64,000 nucleotides of DNA from Microcoleus sp. bin38.metabat.b11b12b14.051 (GCF_013299165.1 NZ_JAAFKD010000023.1:14949-78948); one strand, 5' to 3'; positions 48,911 through 60,132 are shown, counted from the first letter of the stretch. A program made the numbers and translations. Notes: a model not told the origin generated them from the sequence alone.

Positions 48911-49275
48911 GTTATATTAGAAAAGCTACTTGCTGCGAAGATTTGTTCGGCGGTTAGCTGCAAATCTGGGAAAATAGACGAAATTAGTCGATCGCCCTTT
49001 TGAAACAACTGTTTTTGATACTCATCCTCTCGCAGTGTACAAATTGTAATTGTCGGCTGCTTGGGTTTGCCAATATATTCTCTCCCACCAATCCCCAAAT
49101 AATCAACAATCCAATACTCAGGAATTCCCAGCAGGGCGTAATCTTCAACTTTGCGCGCGTAGTCGTTTTGCCAATTCGTACTCACGACTTCAGCAATTAG
49201 TTTAATCGAGTTTCCCGATGTAATGACAGGTTCTTGTTGCCATAATGGCTCATTAATCAGTGATGTTTGTTCGTA
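48868..49275 (-). pseudogene. 5'-truncated Uma2-family endonuclease
   Basis: Frame reads EPLWQQEPVITSGNSIKLIAEVVSTNWQNDYARKVEDYALLGIPEYWIVDY; no N-terminal half; the 3' end runs into a repeat. Confidence 0.75.
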
Positions 49276-49453
49276 ACTCCTAAATAAGATTTTTTTGATT
49301 AACCGCAGAGGGCGCAGAGAACGCGGAGGAAGAGAAGAGAGATAAGATAACCAAGAGCTTTAATATCTTCTACAAGGAAACTTCTTCCCTCTTCCGAACC
49401 TCAATTATATCCGTTACATCCGCTACCAAATCCGTTGCCTAACTTCCTTCTTC

Positions 49454-50578
49454 TTAAAATCCCATCGCGCCAGCCACTGCATCCAAAGTCGGAGCAATTC
49501 CTTGTTTAAAGTTGTTCTTGCTGTGATTAATTGCTGTATCTGGGTCTTTTAAACCGTTACCGGTGAGCACGCAAACTACTGTTGCTCCCGTCGGAACTTG
49601 GTCTTTTACCTTTAGTAAACCGGCTACAGAAGCGGCACTTGCTGGTTCGCAGAAAATCCCTTCTTCGGATGCTAGCAAGCGGTAAGCGTCGAGAATTTCT
49701 TCGTCGGTGACTGCGGAAAAACTGCCGCGGCTGGCTTCGGAAGCTGCGATCGCCTGTTTCCAGCTAGCGGGGTTGCCGATCCGAATTGCCGTCGCCAAGG
49801 TTTCTGGGTTCGCCACCGGTTTGCCCGTTACCAACGGTGCTGCTCCGGCTGCTTGGAATCCCATCATTCGCGGCAGGCGCGAACATTTATTCACTTGGTG
49901 GTATTGACAAAAACCCATCCAGTATGCTGTGATGTTTCCCGCATTTCCCACGGGAATGCACAGCCAGTCGGGGGCGTCGCCGAGGGCGTCCACTACTTCA
50001 AACGCGCCGGTTTTTTGGCCTTCCAAGCGGTAAGGGTTGACTGAGTTGACCAAAGTTACGGGATAATTCTCGGCCATCTCGCGGACAATTTCTAAAGCGC
50101 GATCGAAATTTCCTTGAATTGAAATCACTTCCGCACCGTAAAGCAAGGCTTGCGCCAGCTTGCCCAAAGCCACGTATCCTTCAGGAATCAACACAAAAGC
50201 CCGCATTCCCCCGCGTCTGGCGTAGGCTGCTGCGGCTGCCGAAGTATTGCCGGTACTGGCGCAAATTACAGCTTTGGCGCCGGCTTCCTTCGCCTTGGAA
50301 ATCGCCATTGTCATCCCCCGGTCTTTGAAACTACCAGTGGGGTTGAGGCCGTCGTATTTCACCAACACGCGCACGTCTCTACCGATGAGAGAGGCGATCG
50401 CCGGTGCTGGAATCAGGGGAGTATTGCCTTCTTGGAGTGTCACTACCGGCGTGGTTTCCGTCACCGGCAGGTAGGGGCGATAAGCTTCGATCAAGCCCGG
50501 CCAGCCCTTGTGTTTCGGCGAGGCTGCGCGGGCAGCGGAGTTAGCAGCAGAGTCAGTAGCAGGTAGAATCAGGGTCAC
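49454..50578 (-). CDS. thrC: Threonine synthase
   Basis: [52 protein letters not shown]. Confidence 0.96.
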   Translation of the reverse strand: MTLILPATDSAANSAARAASPKHKGWPGLIEAYRPYLPVTETTPVVTLQEGNTPLIPAPAIASLIGRDVRVLVKYDGLNPTGSFKDRGMTMAISKAKEAGAKAVICASTGNTSAAAAAYARRGGMRAFVLIPEGYVALGKLAQALLYGAEVISIQGNFDRALEIVREMAENYPVTLVNSVNPYRLEGQKTGAFEVVDALGDAPDWLCIPVGNAGNITAYWMGFCQYHQVNKCSRLPRMMGFQAAGAAPLVTGKPVANPETLATAIRIGNPASWKQAIAASEASRGSFSAVTDEEILDAYRLLASEEGIFCEPASAASVAGLLKVKDQVPTGATVVCVLTGNGLKDPDTAINHSKNNFKQGIAPTLDAVAGAMGF

Positions 50579-50699
50579 GATGTCAATGGTTTCTAGGCTT
50601 TGCCAAGGAATTTACACTAATTTTAGCTCGATTCGGTTAATTTAATGTTTGATACGATCCGTTCAGGTTAAAGTAACTTAATGGTGTGAATGTGTAGAT

Positions 50700-50987
50700 A
50701 TGTCTACTCAATTACTAATGTCAAATAATTCATCCACTCTTTCTCGGCCTCAAGTCACCGCTAGCAATCCCGAAATCGCTAGTTCTGCTACGCTATCAAC
50801 GGGTTTTGCCCGCAAACTAGATTCGGTGAAGTGTCCCTACCAAGCCGATCAGCAAGTCAAGTTCCTGCACCTGCAAGCAGAAATCGACTCCTTGCTGCTA
50901 CAAGTCCAAACCCTCAAACAGCAGCGCTCCGTTGCTTGCTCTCAAGTTGCGATCGGCAAAAATTCCGCTGTCAGCAACGGCAATTAG
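50700..50987 (+). CDS. Small hypothetical protein
   Basis: 95-aa ORF with helical YQADQQVKFLHLQAEIDSLLLQVQTLKQ. Confidence 0.55.
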   Translation: MSTQLLMSNNSSTLSRPQVTASNPEIASSATLSTGFARKLDSVKCPYQADQQVKFLHLQAEIDSLLLQVQTLKQQRSVACSQVAIGKNSAVSNGN

Positions 50988-51229
50988 CACTAACAACCCG
51001 TGCTAATTGTGCGGTCGCTGTGGTATAAAAAGTAAAGTTTTGTTAACCGCAGTGTTTTTTTAACCAAAAGCGCTAGCCATCTAATCTGCGGCTAGCGATC
51101 GCCAGCGTCTGCGAAAATGCCCTTATTTAGGGTTCAACTTGTCTGCTGATTGCCAGTAGCAAGCTGATATTTTACTGCGTTAATTTTGTTAAGCCATCCA
51201 CTTGGCACACGGAGAATCGAAATCTATTT

Positions 51230-52282
51230 ATGACAGCATCGATCGAAAAACCACTAAATTTGACACCCGCAAGTGACACCTCCAACCTGCGCCTCAAAGA
51301 TATTCTCAAAACCCTGCCGCGCGAAGTGTTTGTCAAAAACCCCCGCAAAGCTTGGACAAAAGTCATCATTAACGTTCTTCTAGTTGCTGTCGGTTATTTT
51401 GGCCTAGCAGTATCACCTTGGTATTTACTACCCCTGATGTGGATTTTCACAGGAACCGGATTAACCGGTTTTTTTGTGATCGGCCACGACTGCGGACACC
51501 GGTCATTTGCTAACCGCCGCTGGGTAAACGATTTAGTCGGACATCTCGTATTTCTGCCGTTAATTTTCCCGTTTCACGCATGGCGTCACGGACATAATTA
51601 TCACCACAAGCATACCAATAAAATTGGTGAGGATAATGCTTGGCAACCGATGACAGCAGCCGACTACGCTGCCGCGCCCAAAGCATTACAAATAGCTTAT
51701 AGTTTAATCTTCGGCCCGATGTGGTGGATTGGCTCGATCGCCCACTGGGCAAAAGTACACTTTATGTGGTGGCGCTTCAAAGAAGGTCAACAGCGCGAAC
51801 AAGTACGGTTTTCGGTTTTGGTAGTTTTGATCGGTGCTGCGATCGTATTTCCTACTTTAATTGCCACCACAGGCATTTGGGGATTCATCAAATTTTGGTT
51901 AATGCCTTGGATGGTTTACCATTTCTGGATGAGCACTTTTACAATTGTTCACCACACAGCACCAGACATTTCATTTAAAGCACCAGCAGAATGGAACGAA
52001 GCCCAAGCACAACTATCGGGAACAGTTCACTGCGACTATCCCCGCTGGGTTGAGTTTCTGTGTCACGACATTAACGTGCACGTTCCCCACCACCTTTCAA
52101 CTTCTATACCCTGGTACAACTTGCGCCTCGCCCACAGCAGCTTGAAAGAAAACTGGCAACCTCATCTCTATGAAACCAAGTTTTCTTGGTCTTTAATGAA
52201 GCGGATTGCTGACAACTGTCACCTCTACAATCCCGCTGGTGGCTATCAGACATTAGAGGAATTTCACGCTCAAACCAAATAA
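51230..52282 (+). CDS. desA: Acyl-lipid delta-12 desaturase
   Basis: His boxes HDCGH, HNYHHKH and HVPHH; cyanobacterial DesA-like N-terminus. Confidence 0.88.
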   Translation: MTASIEKPLNLTPASDTSNLRLKDILKTLPREVFVKNPRKAWTKVIINVLLVAVGYFGLAVSPWYLLPLMWIFTGTGLTGFFVIGHDCGHRSFANRRWVNDLVGHLVFLPLIFPFHAWRHGHNYHHKHTNKIGEDNAWQPMTAADYAAAPKALQIAYSLIFGPMWWIGSIAHWAKVHFMWWRFKEGQQREQVRFSVLVVLIGAAIVFPTLIATTGIWGFIKFWLMPWMVYHFWMSTFTIVHHTAPDISFKAPAEWNEAQAQLSGTVHCDYPRWVEFLCHDINVHVPHHLSTSIPWYNLRLAHSSLKENWQPHLYETKFSWSLMKRIADNCHLYNPAGGYQTLEEFHAQTK

Positions 52283-52570
52283 GTTGGAAACGCGATAAAT
52301 CTCCGAAAAACCCGGTTTTGTTTAACAAGCCGGGTTTTCTTAATTAGTTGTAGGGTGCGTCAGGGCTAAATGTTGTGATACCAGACTAACAATTTTATCC
52401 CTGACGCACCGTATAGTTATACCAATTTGCATAACTCTTGCAACATTATTCGTAGGGTGTGTCGCCACCGACAGTATCCAAAAATAGATGAAAAATCTAG
52501 CGAGCGACGCACCATCGACTATATATGAATAAACTTGCCTCAACCTTAATTATTGCAAGGATTTTTCACG

Positions 52571-52744
52571 CTTGGTATTACCACACAAAACTCTGGTGCG
52601 TCGCTGTAAGATTGTCAATAGTTGTTTGGAATTTTCTGTGGCGACGCACCCTACGACTTGGTATTACCACACAAAACTCTGGTGCGTCGCTGTAAGATTG
52701 TCAATAGTTGTTTGGTAATTTTCGAGGGCGACGCACCCTACGAC
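52571..52744. repeat. Two tandem 86-bp copies with GGTGCGTCGC...GCGACGCACC hairpin
   Basis: CTTGGTATTACCACACAAAACTCTGG at 52571 and 52657. Confidence 0.88.
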
Positions 52745-52781
52745 TAAAATCTAAAATCTAAAATCTAAAATCTAAAATCGA

Positions 52782-54260
52782 ATGGCTTTCAATCCCAATA
52801 ACTGTCGCAACGAAAGCGAAGTAGAAAGCAAACTTATTGTCAGCTATCTGTTGCCAAAACTCGGCTATACCCCCGACACTTGGCACCAAGAAATCGCCTT
52901 TGGGAATATTCGCCTAGACTTCCTTTCCTTTGCTACCCAAGTTATCCCGATCGTTCTCGATGCAGACTCGCCCATGAGTTTAGTCATGGAAGCCAAACAT
53001 CCCAAGGAAAATCTAGATCGCCATCTGCGAAAACTCAAGCGTTACTTAACAAGTTTAAGCATCGGCTACGGACTGCTAACTAACGGTAAAGAAATTAGAA
53101 TCTATGCAAGAGTCAATGATGATATTGAGTTAGCATTTCAGTGCGCGGGACAAGATATTGAAACTAAAATTGATGAAATTATCGCTTTGATAGGTAGAGA
53201 TAATTTAAAAGTTGTAAAAAATCCAGATAATTTAGAACTGGAAGATAGTAAAATTAATTTAGTTAGTCCTGAGTTAATTAGCGAAATACCAGTACAACCC
53301 AACAATCCCGCCACTGCAAAACCTGAGCCAATTCAAATCTCAGAACCGGAACAAATACCTGATTTAATCGTTCCAGAAACAAGAGAAAACACTATGAAAA
53401 TAATTGCAGTTTACCATAACAAAGGCGGCGTAGGCAAAACTACAACTGTAGTCAATTTAGCCGCAGCACTGAGCAAAGAAGGTAAAAGAGTTCTAGTCAT
53501 CGACTTAGATAGTCAGGCAAATACCACCTTTGCGACTGGTTTAGTAAAATTTGAAGATGAAGAACAAGACGATTTGAAAGATTGCAATATTCTGCAAGTT
53601 CTGCAATCAGAGGATTTTTACTCGATCGCCGAAGTAGCTCGCCCGTCGAATTTTTGCAATCCCCCAATTGATGTAGTTCCTTCCCACATCGATTTAATGT
53701 ACTATGAAACGGAACTAAATCAGCTAGATTACAGTCGCATGATTTTGATTCAAAAACTAGCAGAAGTACAAGACAAGTACGATATTGTACTGATTGATAC
53801 GCCTCCATCTTTGAATTTTTTCGCCAGAGTTGCCCTAATTGCTGCCGATTATTTAATTATTCCTTCTGACTTAAAACCGTTTGCTAATCAAGGATTGATT
53901 AATGTCAAAGATTTTATTAAAAAAATTAATGGATTCAAAAAACAAATCGGCAAGAAACCTTTAGAAGTTTTAGGCGTTCTCCCTTGCAAAATCTCACCTA
54001 ATCCTAAATTTGTACAGTACAGTTTGCCCAAGCGTAGGGAAGCAATTCCTAAACGCTACGGCCTGGAAATTATGGAGAATGCAATTTATGAGAGAGAGGA
54101 TTTAGCAAAGTGTGCAGAACTATTTAAAATTGTGGGGAATATTGAAATTGCAGATCCGATTTCGGTGCTCGATTTTAAACCAGATTGCCTCTCATCGCAA
54201 GAATTTGAAATGCTAGCCGAAGAAGTTTTGGCAAAAATAGTTCATTCAGTTGACAGTTGA
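52782..54260 (+). CDS. HsdR_N-like PD-(D/E)xK domain fused to ParA/MinD ATPase
   Basis: N-terminal NESEVESKL...LGY...RLD...VMEAK; C-terminal deviant Walker [16 protein letters not shown] and Walker B IDTPP. Confidence 0.88.
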   Translation: MAFNPNNCRNESEVESKLIVSYLLPKLGYTPDTWHQEIAFGNIRLDFLSFATQVIPIVLDADSPMSLVMEAKHPKENLDRHLRKLKRYLTSLSIGYGLLTNGKEIRIYARVNDDIELAFQCAGQDIETKIDEIIALIGRDNLKVVKNPDNLELEDSKINLVSPELISEIPVQPNNPATAKPEPIQISEPEQIPDLIVPETRENTMKIIAVYHNKGGVGKTTTVVNLAAALSKEGKRVLVIDLDSQANTTFATGLVKFEDEEQDDLKDCNILQVLQSEDFYSIAEVARPSNFCNPPIDVVPSHIDLMYYETELNQLDYSRMILIQKLAEVQDKYDIVLIDTPPSLNFFARVALIAADYLIIPSDLKPFANQGLINVKDFIKKINGFKKQIGKKPLEVLGVLPCKISPNPKFVQYSLPKRREAIPKRYGLEIMENAIYEREDLAKCAELFKIVGNIEIADPISVLDFKPDCLSSQEFEMLAEEVLAKIVHSVDS

Positions 54261-54419
54261 CAGTTGACAGTTGACAGTTGACAGTTGACAGTTGACAGTT
54301 GACAGATGAGTGCGAGCTCTACCTGGAAGTCCGAGGATTGGACTCATAAATAGTCTGATTTTAATTTCTCGGTTACAAGAGAGAGGCTTTAAACCAATTC
54401 TTTATGGTAGTAAAAACTT

Positions 54420-55298
54420 ATGAAAAAATTATCTCCGTCACTGGTTGCAGTGAAAAGAATTACCTCCAAAGTTCCCGCTGCTAATTTTGCCGATCGCGAT
54501 TTGGATAAATTAGCCCGACTAATTTTAGATGCAGGAGGCTTGATCCATCCGATAATTGTCCGCCGCGTCGGTATTGATGCTTACGAAATAGTAGACGGAG
54601 ACTTTGAATACTATGCGGCGGCGAGAGCAAGGGAAATTAACGCTTTCAAAGGCGAGACAATCGGAGCATTTATCCTGGAACCAGAAAATGAAGAACTTCT
54701 GCTTGAACAAGTCGCCATTCTCAGAAAATCTGGAATTATTGAGAATTTAGCTGCAAATGAAACTCCCAAAGAGTCATTAATAACTGAGAATTCCAGTCAG
54801 GAAAGTGAAAGTCTGGAAGCACCATCTAGTTTTGAGCAGCGGCTGGCAAATATTGAAGCTCGGTTAGAAAATCAAATCAATGAATTGAAAGCTGAGTACA
54901 CCCGTGAAAAAGAGTTGTTAGCTGAGAGAATACAAGAAGTTGAAAATCTATTTTCACAACAACTACCTCTGTTAATTGAAGCCCAGTTAACTAACAAAAT
55001 TAATGAGTTGAAATCTGAGTCTGTCTCGGCACAACCGACTTTGGTAGATACGGTACAATCAGTTGAACAGGTAACTTCCCAACCAATGTCCCTGTTGGAC
55101 GCACTCAATACTCAAGATAAAATTCAACTGGCCGCACATTTGAAAGATGCTGGGCTGAAGCCTCCTGTTATACAACTCATACTCAAAGAGCGAGATGTGC
55201 GGCCGTTTGCATCCTTTGCAAATGTGGTGGAACGTATTAAAGGCTTAACCGACAAAACAATGATTAAAATTATTGATTGCTGGCAAAAATACTCATAG
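54420..55298 (+). CDS. ParB-like N domain + coiled coil + HhH-like C-terminus
   Basis: GGLIHPIIVRR...YEIVDGDFEYYAA; C-terminal ILKERDVRPFASFANVVERIKGL. Confidence 0.72.
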   Translation: MKKLSPSLVAVKRITSKVPAANFADRDLDKLARLILDAGGLIHPIIVRRVGIDAYEIVDGDFEYYAAARAREINAFKGETIGAFILEPENEELLLEQVAILRKSGIIENLAANETPKESLITENSSQESESLEAPSSFEQRLANIEARLENQINELKAEYTREKELLAERIQEVENLFSQQLPLLIEAQLTNKINELKSESVSAQPTLVDTVQSVEQVTSQPMSLLDALNTQDKIQLAAHLKDAGLKPPVIQLILKERDVRPFASFANVVERIKGLTDKTMIKIIDCWQKYS

Positions 55299-55844
55299 GT
55301 TGTGAGGCGTGTAAATTGCGTTTTTGGGGGCGGGCTAGAAGCCCACCCCACAAGAGTTGAAACCGAATTTCTCTAAGGTAATTGACTAGGGTAAAAATAC
55401 TTATCACTCGCAATTGCGATCGCCCGTTAGCGAAGTCCTCGAAGCCGATCGCCAAAAAAAGTAAAGATGAGTGAAGCAGTGTATAATTTGTGTCCCCCAG
55501 CCAGTTAAACTCATCACAGTTGATTTTTTGTAGGAATTGCAGTCAGTTTTGCCGTTAGCGAAGCCCGCCCCTACGGGGGCTACGCCAACGAAGAGGATCG
55601 CCCAGGCTGTCACCCCACAGCCAGCCGCACAGGTACAGCACGCCGCCGATATCTCTCCCAGACTTCGAGATTGAGGCCAACAAATCCTTTAACTAACCAC
55701 AGTCTGGGTAAGGTGTTTGTCTCGCACCCTATAATTAGACTTCTTGGGTTAGTCCTGTGGTACTTAAAACCCAGGCTGTAAAGTCCAAATATACATCATT
55801 ACCCAAACACCTGATTTTAATGACAAAAGGGGACTTGTAACAAG

Positions 55845-56945
55845 ATGGATCGATCGCAAGATCAAAACCGAATAGTTGAATATTTGCGGATTAAGCCAAT
55901 TAGTCACAGTCAGATTTATACTTCCCAAATTGCAGTACCAGAGACTCAGGGGGGGGAAATCCCTCGCGAACGTCGGGAAGCTCTTAGGAGAAGTCTCATC
56001 GAGCAAGGCAGCAACTTAATTCCTTTAATTGTACGTCATACTGAAGCTTACAGCAACGAAGAAGAATACGAAGTTGTCTGCGGAGCGGATTGGTGTATTG
56101 TTGCCAAAGAACTCGGCATTGAGCAAATGTGGGCTTGGGTTTTTGAAATGACCGACGATGAGGTAGTTGCTGCTCAAGCAGAAATGGAACATTTAGCTCC
56201 GCAGCCTACTCAGAAAACTGCACAAATCGAGACTATACTGCAACAATTTGAGCTATCATTTCAAAATAAAGTAGAGAGTCTAACAAAACAAATAGAACAA
56301 TCTGTTAAAAAGAATGAAGACCTGCTAAAAAAACAAGTTAAAGCTCTAACAGAGCAGAACTTTGATAGCGACCAAATAACACAGATCAAGCATCTGCTAG
56401 AACAAGTTGAAAAAACATTCCATGAAAAGGTAGATAAATTGGCTAAAAAAATTGAACAATCTGGCAGCAATAGTTCTCCGAAATCTGCGGTTATTTCGGA
56501 GATGAATCTTGAAGGTGCGTTAAGACAGTTGGATGAAGTAGAAAAACTGCTGTCAATAAAATTAGAGCGCACAGTCCAAATAATTAATCAGTTTGTCGCC
56601 GACTCGATCGCAGATGTAGAAAATGACCTAAAAAATCAAATTGCCACGCTCCGCAGCCAACTGGGAGCCGCTGCGATGCACTCAGAAGTACAGCCGGAGA
56701 CACCGCCGAAAAAGCAATCGAAGGCGCAGCCTAAAACCCCGGCGAAGAAGCAGTCGAAGGCGCAGTCGAAACCTCAGCTACCGCAGTTGCAGTTAGAGTT
56801 GCCGTTTCCGCCCCAAGAGGAAGACTATGATACTCTGTCGCTGAGGCGCTTAAAGGCGATCGGCAAAGACCGTAAAGTCCGCGGCTACGCGCGCATGAAA
56901 CGACCGGAAATTCTGGCGGCTCTTAGAGAAGCTGATAGTAAATAA
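55845..56945 (+). CDS. ParB-like N domain + coiled coil + Rho_N-like C-terminus
   Basis: GSNLIPLIVR...YEVVCGADWC; C-terminal YDTLSLRRLKAIGKDRKVRGYARMKRPEILAAL. Confidence 0.72.
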   Translation: MDRSQDQNRIVEYLRIKPISHSQIYTSQIAVPETQGGEIPRERREALRRSLIEQGSNLIPLIVRHTEAYSNEEEYEVVCGADWCIVAKELGIEQMWAWVFEMTDDEVVAAQAEMEHLAPQPTQKTAQIETILQQFELSFQNKVESLTKQIEQSVKKNEDLLKKQVKALTEQNFDSDQITQIKHLLEQVEKTFHEKVDKLAKKIEQSGSNSSPKSAVISEMNLEGALRQLDEVEKLLSIKLERTVQIINQFVADSIADVENDLKNQIATLRSQLGAAAMHSEVQPETPPKKQSKAQPKTPAKKQSKAQSKPQLPQLQLELPFPPQEEDYDTLSLRRLKAIGKDRKVRGYARMKRPEILAALREADSK

Positions 56946-57156
56946 TGCGGTGATTGGTAATATTTAAGACGGCGGTTTAAACCGCGTCTATACAAACGAA
57001 GTCCGCCTCCGCGGACTGAATAAAAAATAACGTAATTTTAATTGCCCGATCGCACTTTTTGACCAAAAGTGCGATCGCACTTTCAGATATAGTCCTGGGC
57101 ATCGAGATAAAAACCTTGCTAAAATAGACACACCACCTCTTACTCCTCAAGCAGCC

Positions 57157-57966
57157 ATGTCCGCAACCGCAGAATTAGTTACTCCCCAAGAAATACCAGA
57201 ACAAGAAATACTAGAACCAGAGCTACTAGAACCAGAGCTACCCGAAAATATTATTGTTCCTCCAGTCGATTTATATAGTGATGAACCTCCAGTGGAAACA
57301 GAACTGCATCTCCGACAAATAATGCTGCTGTTCAAGTGTTTAGAATGGTTGTGGCGAGATATAAATGACTTCTATGCTGCCGGCAACCTCACTATTTACT
57401 ACAGCCCCAAGCAACTTAAATCGAAAGACTTCCGAGGCCCAGACTTTTTTGTGGTACTTGGAACAGAACGCAAAACTCGGAAAAGCTGGGTGGTTTGGGA
57501 TGAAGATGGAAAGTACCCAAATATCATTCTGGAAATCCTGTCGCCGCAAACAGCGAACATAGATAAAAACTTTAAAAAAAAACTGTATCAAGATACCTTC
57601 CGTACTCATGATTACTTTTGGTTCGATCCTGAAACTTTAGAATTAGCTGGGTTTCATTTAGTTGATGGGGAATATCAACCAATTGCACCGAATGAATTCG
57701 GCTATCTGCGGAGTCAACAGCTTGATTTGAGTTTGGGGATTTGTAGCGGACAATTGCGTTTCTTTACAGCAGCAGGTGAATTGGTTCCTACTCCTGAAGA
57801 AGTTGCAGAAAGGGAGACAGGGCGAGCTGATGCAGAGGCTCAAAGAGCTGAAAATCAGACTCAACGAGCCGAAAATCAAGCTCAACGAGCCGAAAATCAA
57901 GCTCGACGAGCCGATCGCCTGGCCGCAAAATTACGAGAATTAAATATCGATCCCGATACAATTTAG
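57157..57966 (+). CDS. Uma2-family endonuclease with C-terminal heptad repeats
   Basis: GPDFFVV, PNIILEILSP, DYFWFDP; tail of AQRAENQ repeats. Confidence 0.9.
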   Translation: MSATAELVTPQEIPEQEILEPELLEPELPENIIVPPVDLYSDEPPVETELHLRQIMLLFKCLEWLWRDINDFYAAGNLTIYYSPKQLKSKDFRGPDFFVVLGTERKTRKSWVVWDEDGKYPNIILEILSPQTANIDKNFKKKLYQDTFRTHDYFWFDPETLELAGFHLVDGEYQPIAPNEFGYLRSQQLDLSLGICSGQLRFFTAAGELVPTPEEVAERETGRADAEAQRAENQTQRAENQAQRAENQARRADRLAAKLRELNIDPDTI

Positions 57967-58209
57967 TTCCCGCATCCTGTCAAATATCTGATCGATTGTC
58001 CCATAAATCTGAGTACGATCGCACAAATAGCACAATCCATAAACTTGTGTGCAGCCAAGAAACCGCTTGTTTAACAAAAACAGCAGGAGATGACCAAGCT
58101 GCCGATCGACTCATCAACACCGACACACTATGTCAAGATTAATTAGCGCGATCGCCCAAAACTCCCAATCTTACTCAAGCGCATACATCCGACGCAGCAA
58201 CAAGTTCCA

Positions 58210-60132
58210 ATGAACAATCCCATCTACCCCGGCATCACTCTCCACAACCACTACCGCATCGTCCGCGAATTGGGACACGGAGGCTTCGGGCGCACCTACC
58301 TCGCTGAAGATGCCCACCGATTTAACGAACCCTGCGTTTTAAAAGAATTTGCGCCCCAAGTACAAGGAAGTTACGCCTTACAAAAATCCGAGGAACTCTT
58401 CGAGCGCGAAGCCGGAGTGCTCTACAAGCTGCAACACAATCAAATCCCGCGCTTCCGCGAAATGTTTCGCGTCAGTATAGTCGATCGAGGCTACCTATTT
58501 CTCGTCCAAGACTACGTACCGGGTCAAAACTACCGTTTTTTGCTGGACGCCCGCAAGCGTCAGGGTTTGCGCTTCATCGAAGCAGAAGTCAATCAACTGC
58601 TGATCCAGATTTTGCCAGTCCTCGAATACATTCACTCGTTGGGAGTCATTCACCGCGACATCTCCCCCGACAACCTGATTTTGCGCTTGTCTGACGGGAT
58701 GCCCGTGCTCATTGACTTCGGCGGAGTCAAAGAAATCGCCGCCACCGTAGAATCTCTCTTCGCCGAAACAGAAGGTAACGCCACTCCCGCCCCCGCGACT
58801 CGCATCGGCAAGCTCGGCTATGCTCCCCTCGAACAGATGCAAATGGGTATCGTCTATCCCCACAGCGATTTGTACGCCCTCGCCGCTACAGTTTTGGTGT
58901 TGCTGACGGGGAAGGAACCTCATCAATTGCTCGACAGCCAGACGTTAAATTGGAACTGGCGGGCAGACTGTTCTCTGTCTCCAAATTTGTCCTTGGTGCT
59001 GGGTAAAATGCTCGCTCAGCAGCCGAGCCAGCGCTACTCCTCGGCTCGCGAGGTTTTGCAGGCTCTCTCTGGGAATCCCCCTTTACAGCAGCCGCCACCG
59101 CCGCAGCCTGCGCCGGATTTTGCCCTCACCCAGCAGCCGCCGGAACACTCGCAGCCCATCCCCGTTCCTCCCCCTGTCCCGAAACTGCCGGGAACTCCGG
59201 TGCGAGTGGCGATGATTGGCAACCAGCAAAAGATGCCTGCTTGGCAAATGTTTTTGTTCGTAATAGCCGTGCTTTCAAGTATGGGAGCAGTTGGCTGGTT
59301 TGCGGGCAATTACGTGTTAAACATCCAATCAAAAGTGCAGAAGATTCCCCAGACTCCGGGCCCGAAGCAGCAGCAAGAAGATGCTTTGCGCGATCGCTTT
59401 TCTGAACTCAAAATTGACGATCGATTTTATAGCGGTTACGTCAATCTTGTAGACGAAACTTTCTATGCTAAATACCCGGAATTGGGCGGGCGGCTGTTAA
59501 AAGAAGGCGACGAGGATCGCCAGTGGCGCGAAAGGTGGCAGAAAATCGGCGACGACTTGCTCGACAAGCTCTCAAACCTCAGCAGCGAGGCTAGAGCGCG
59601 GTTGGGAAGTTACGACAGTGCCGATCGCGATCGCTGGAAAGCTGAGGTTAACAAGCTTTCTTTGAGCAGTCGGGCGCTGTACGATTTGGCTGATGCGAAG
59701 TTCTTTTATTTGTTTCCGCAGCAGCCGCGCGATCGCAATATCATTGATTTGCCGATCGGGCAAATTTGGCAAGCAATTACCGCTGACGCCCTCACAGCTT
59801 TGGAAGCCGGAGCAAATGTCGAGAGCGTGGAATTCGATCGGCGATCGAACGCCAAAACCCTCACCGGCAATCTCAAACCCGGTGAAGGGAAAGCTTACAT
59901 AGCGCGGTTCGCTCAAAATCAAACTTTGAGCGTGAATTTGCAAGCTCCGCGCAAATCCACTCTGCTGTCGATTTATTCTCCAGGGCGGACAAACAAAGCC
60001 AAGCCTCTGCTGCAAGATGCAGAGGAGTTGAGTTGGTCTGGAGTGCTGGATGATACTGGTTTTTATGAATTCGTCGTAGTTTCTCAATCATCCGAGCCGA
60101 TCGCCTACGAGTTAAATCTGGAGACGAAATAA
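58210..60132 (+). CDS. Ser/Thr protein kinase with TM and extracellular domain
   Basis: LGHGGFGRTY, VLKEF, HRDISPDN, IDFGGVK; Pro-rich linker, TM segment, C-terminal PPC-like beta domain. Confidence 0.92.
   Translation: MNNPIYPGITLHNHYRIVRELGHGGFGRTYLAEDAHRFNEPCVLKEFAPQVQGSYALQKSEELFEREAGVLYKLQHNQIPRFREMFRVSIVDRGYLFLVQDYVPGQNYRFLLDARKRQGLRFIEAEVNQLLIQILPVLEYIHSLGVIHRDISPDNLILRLSDGMPVLIDFGGVKEIAATVESLFAETEGNATPAPATRIGKLGYAPLEQMQMGIVYPHSDLYALAATVLVLLTGKEPHQLLDSQTLNWNWRADCSLSPNLSLVLGKMLAQQPSQRYSSAREVLQALSGNPPLQQPPPPQPAPDFALTQQPPEHSQPIPVPPPVPKLPGTPVRVAMIGNQQKMPAWQMFLFVIAVLSSMGAVGWFAGNYVLNIQSKVQKIPQTPGPKQQQEDALRDRFSELKIDDRFYSGYVNLVDETFYAKYPELGGRLLKEGDEDRQWRERWQKIGDDLLDKLSNLSSEARARLGSYDSADRDRWKAEVNKLSLSSRALYDLADAKFFYLFPQQPRDRNIIDLPIGQIWQAITADALTALEAGANVESVEFDRRSNAKTLTGNLKPGEGKAYIARFAQNQTLSVNLQAPRKSTLLSIYSPGRTNKAKPLLQDAEELSWSGVLDDTGFYEFVVVSQSSEPIAYELNLETK

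Noticed and set aside
55298-55845. parS site or hidden fourth gene inside the ParA/ParB-like cassette
   Set aside because: No TGTTTCACGTGAAACA-like palindrome; the short ORFs are interrupted by stops or built from dispersed repeats.
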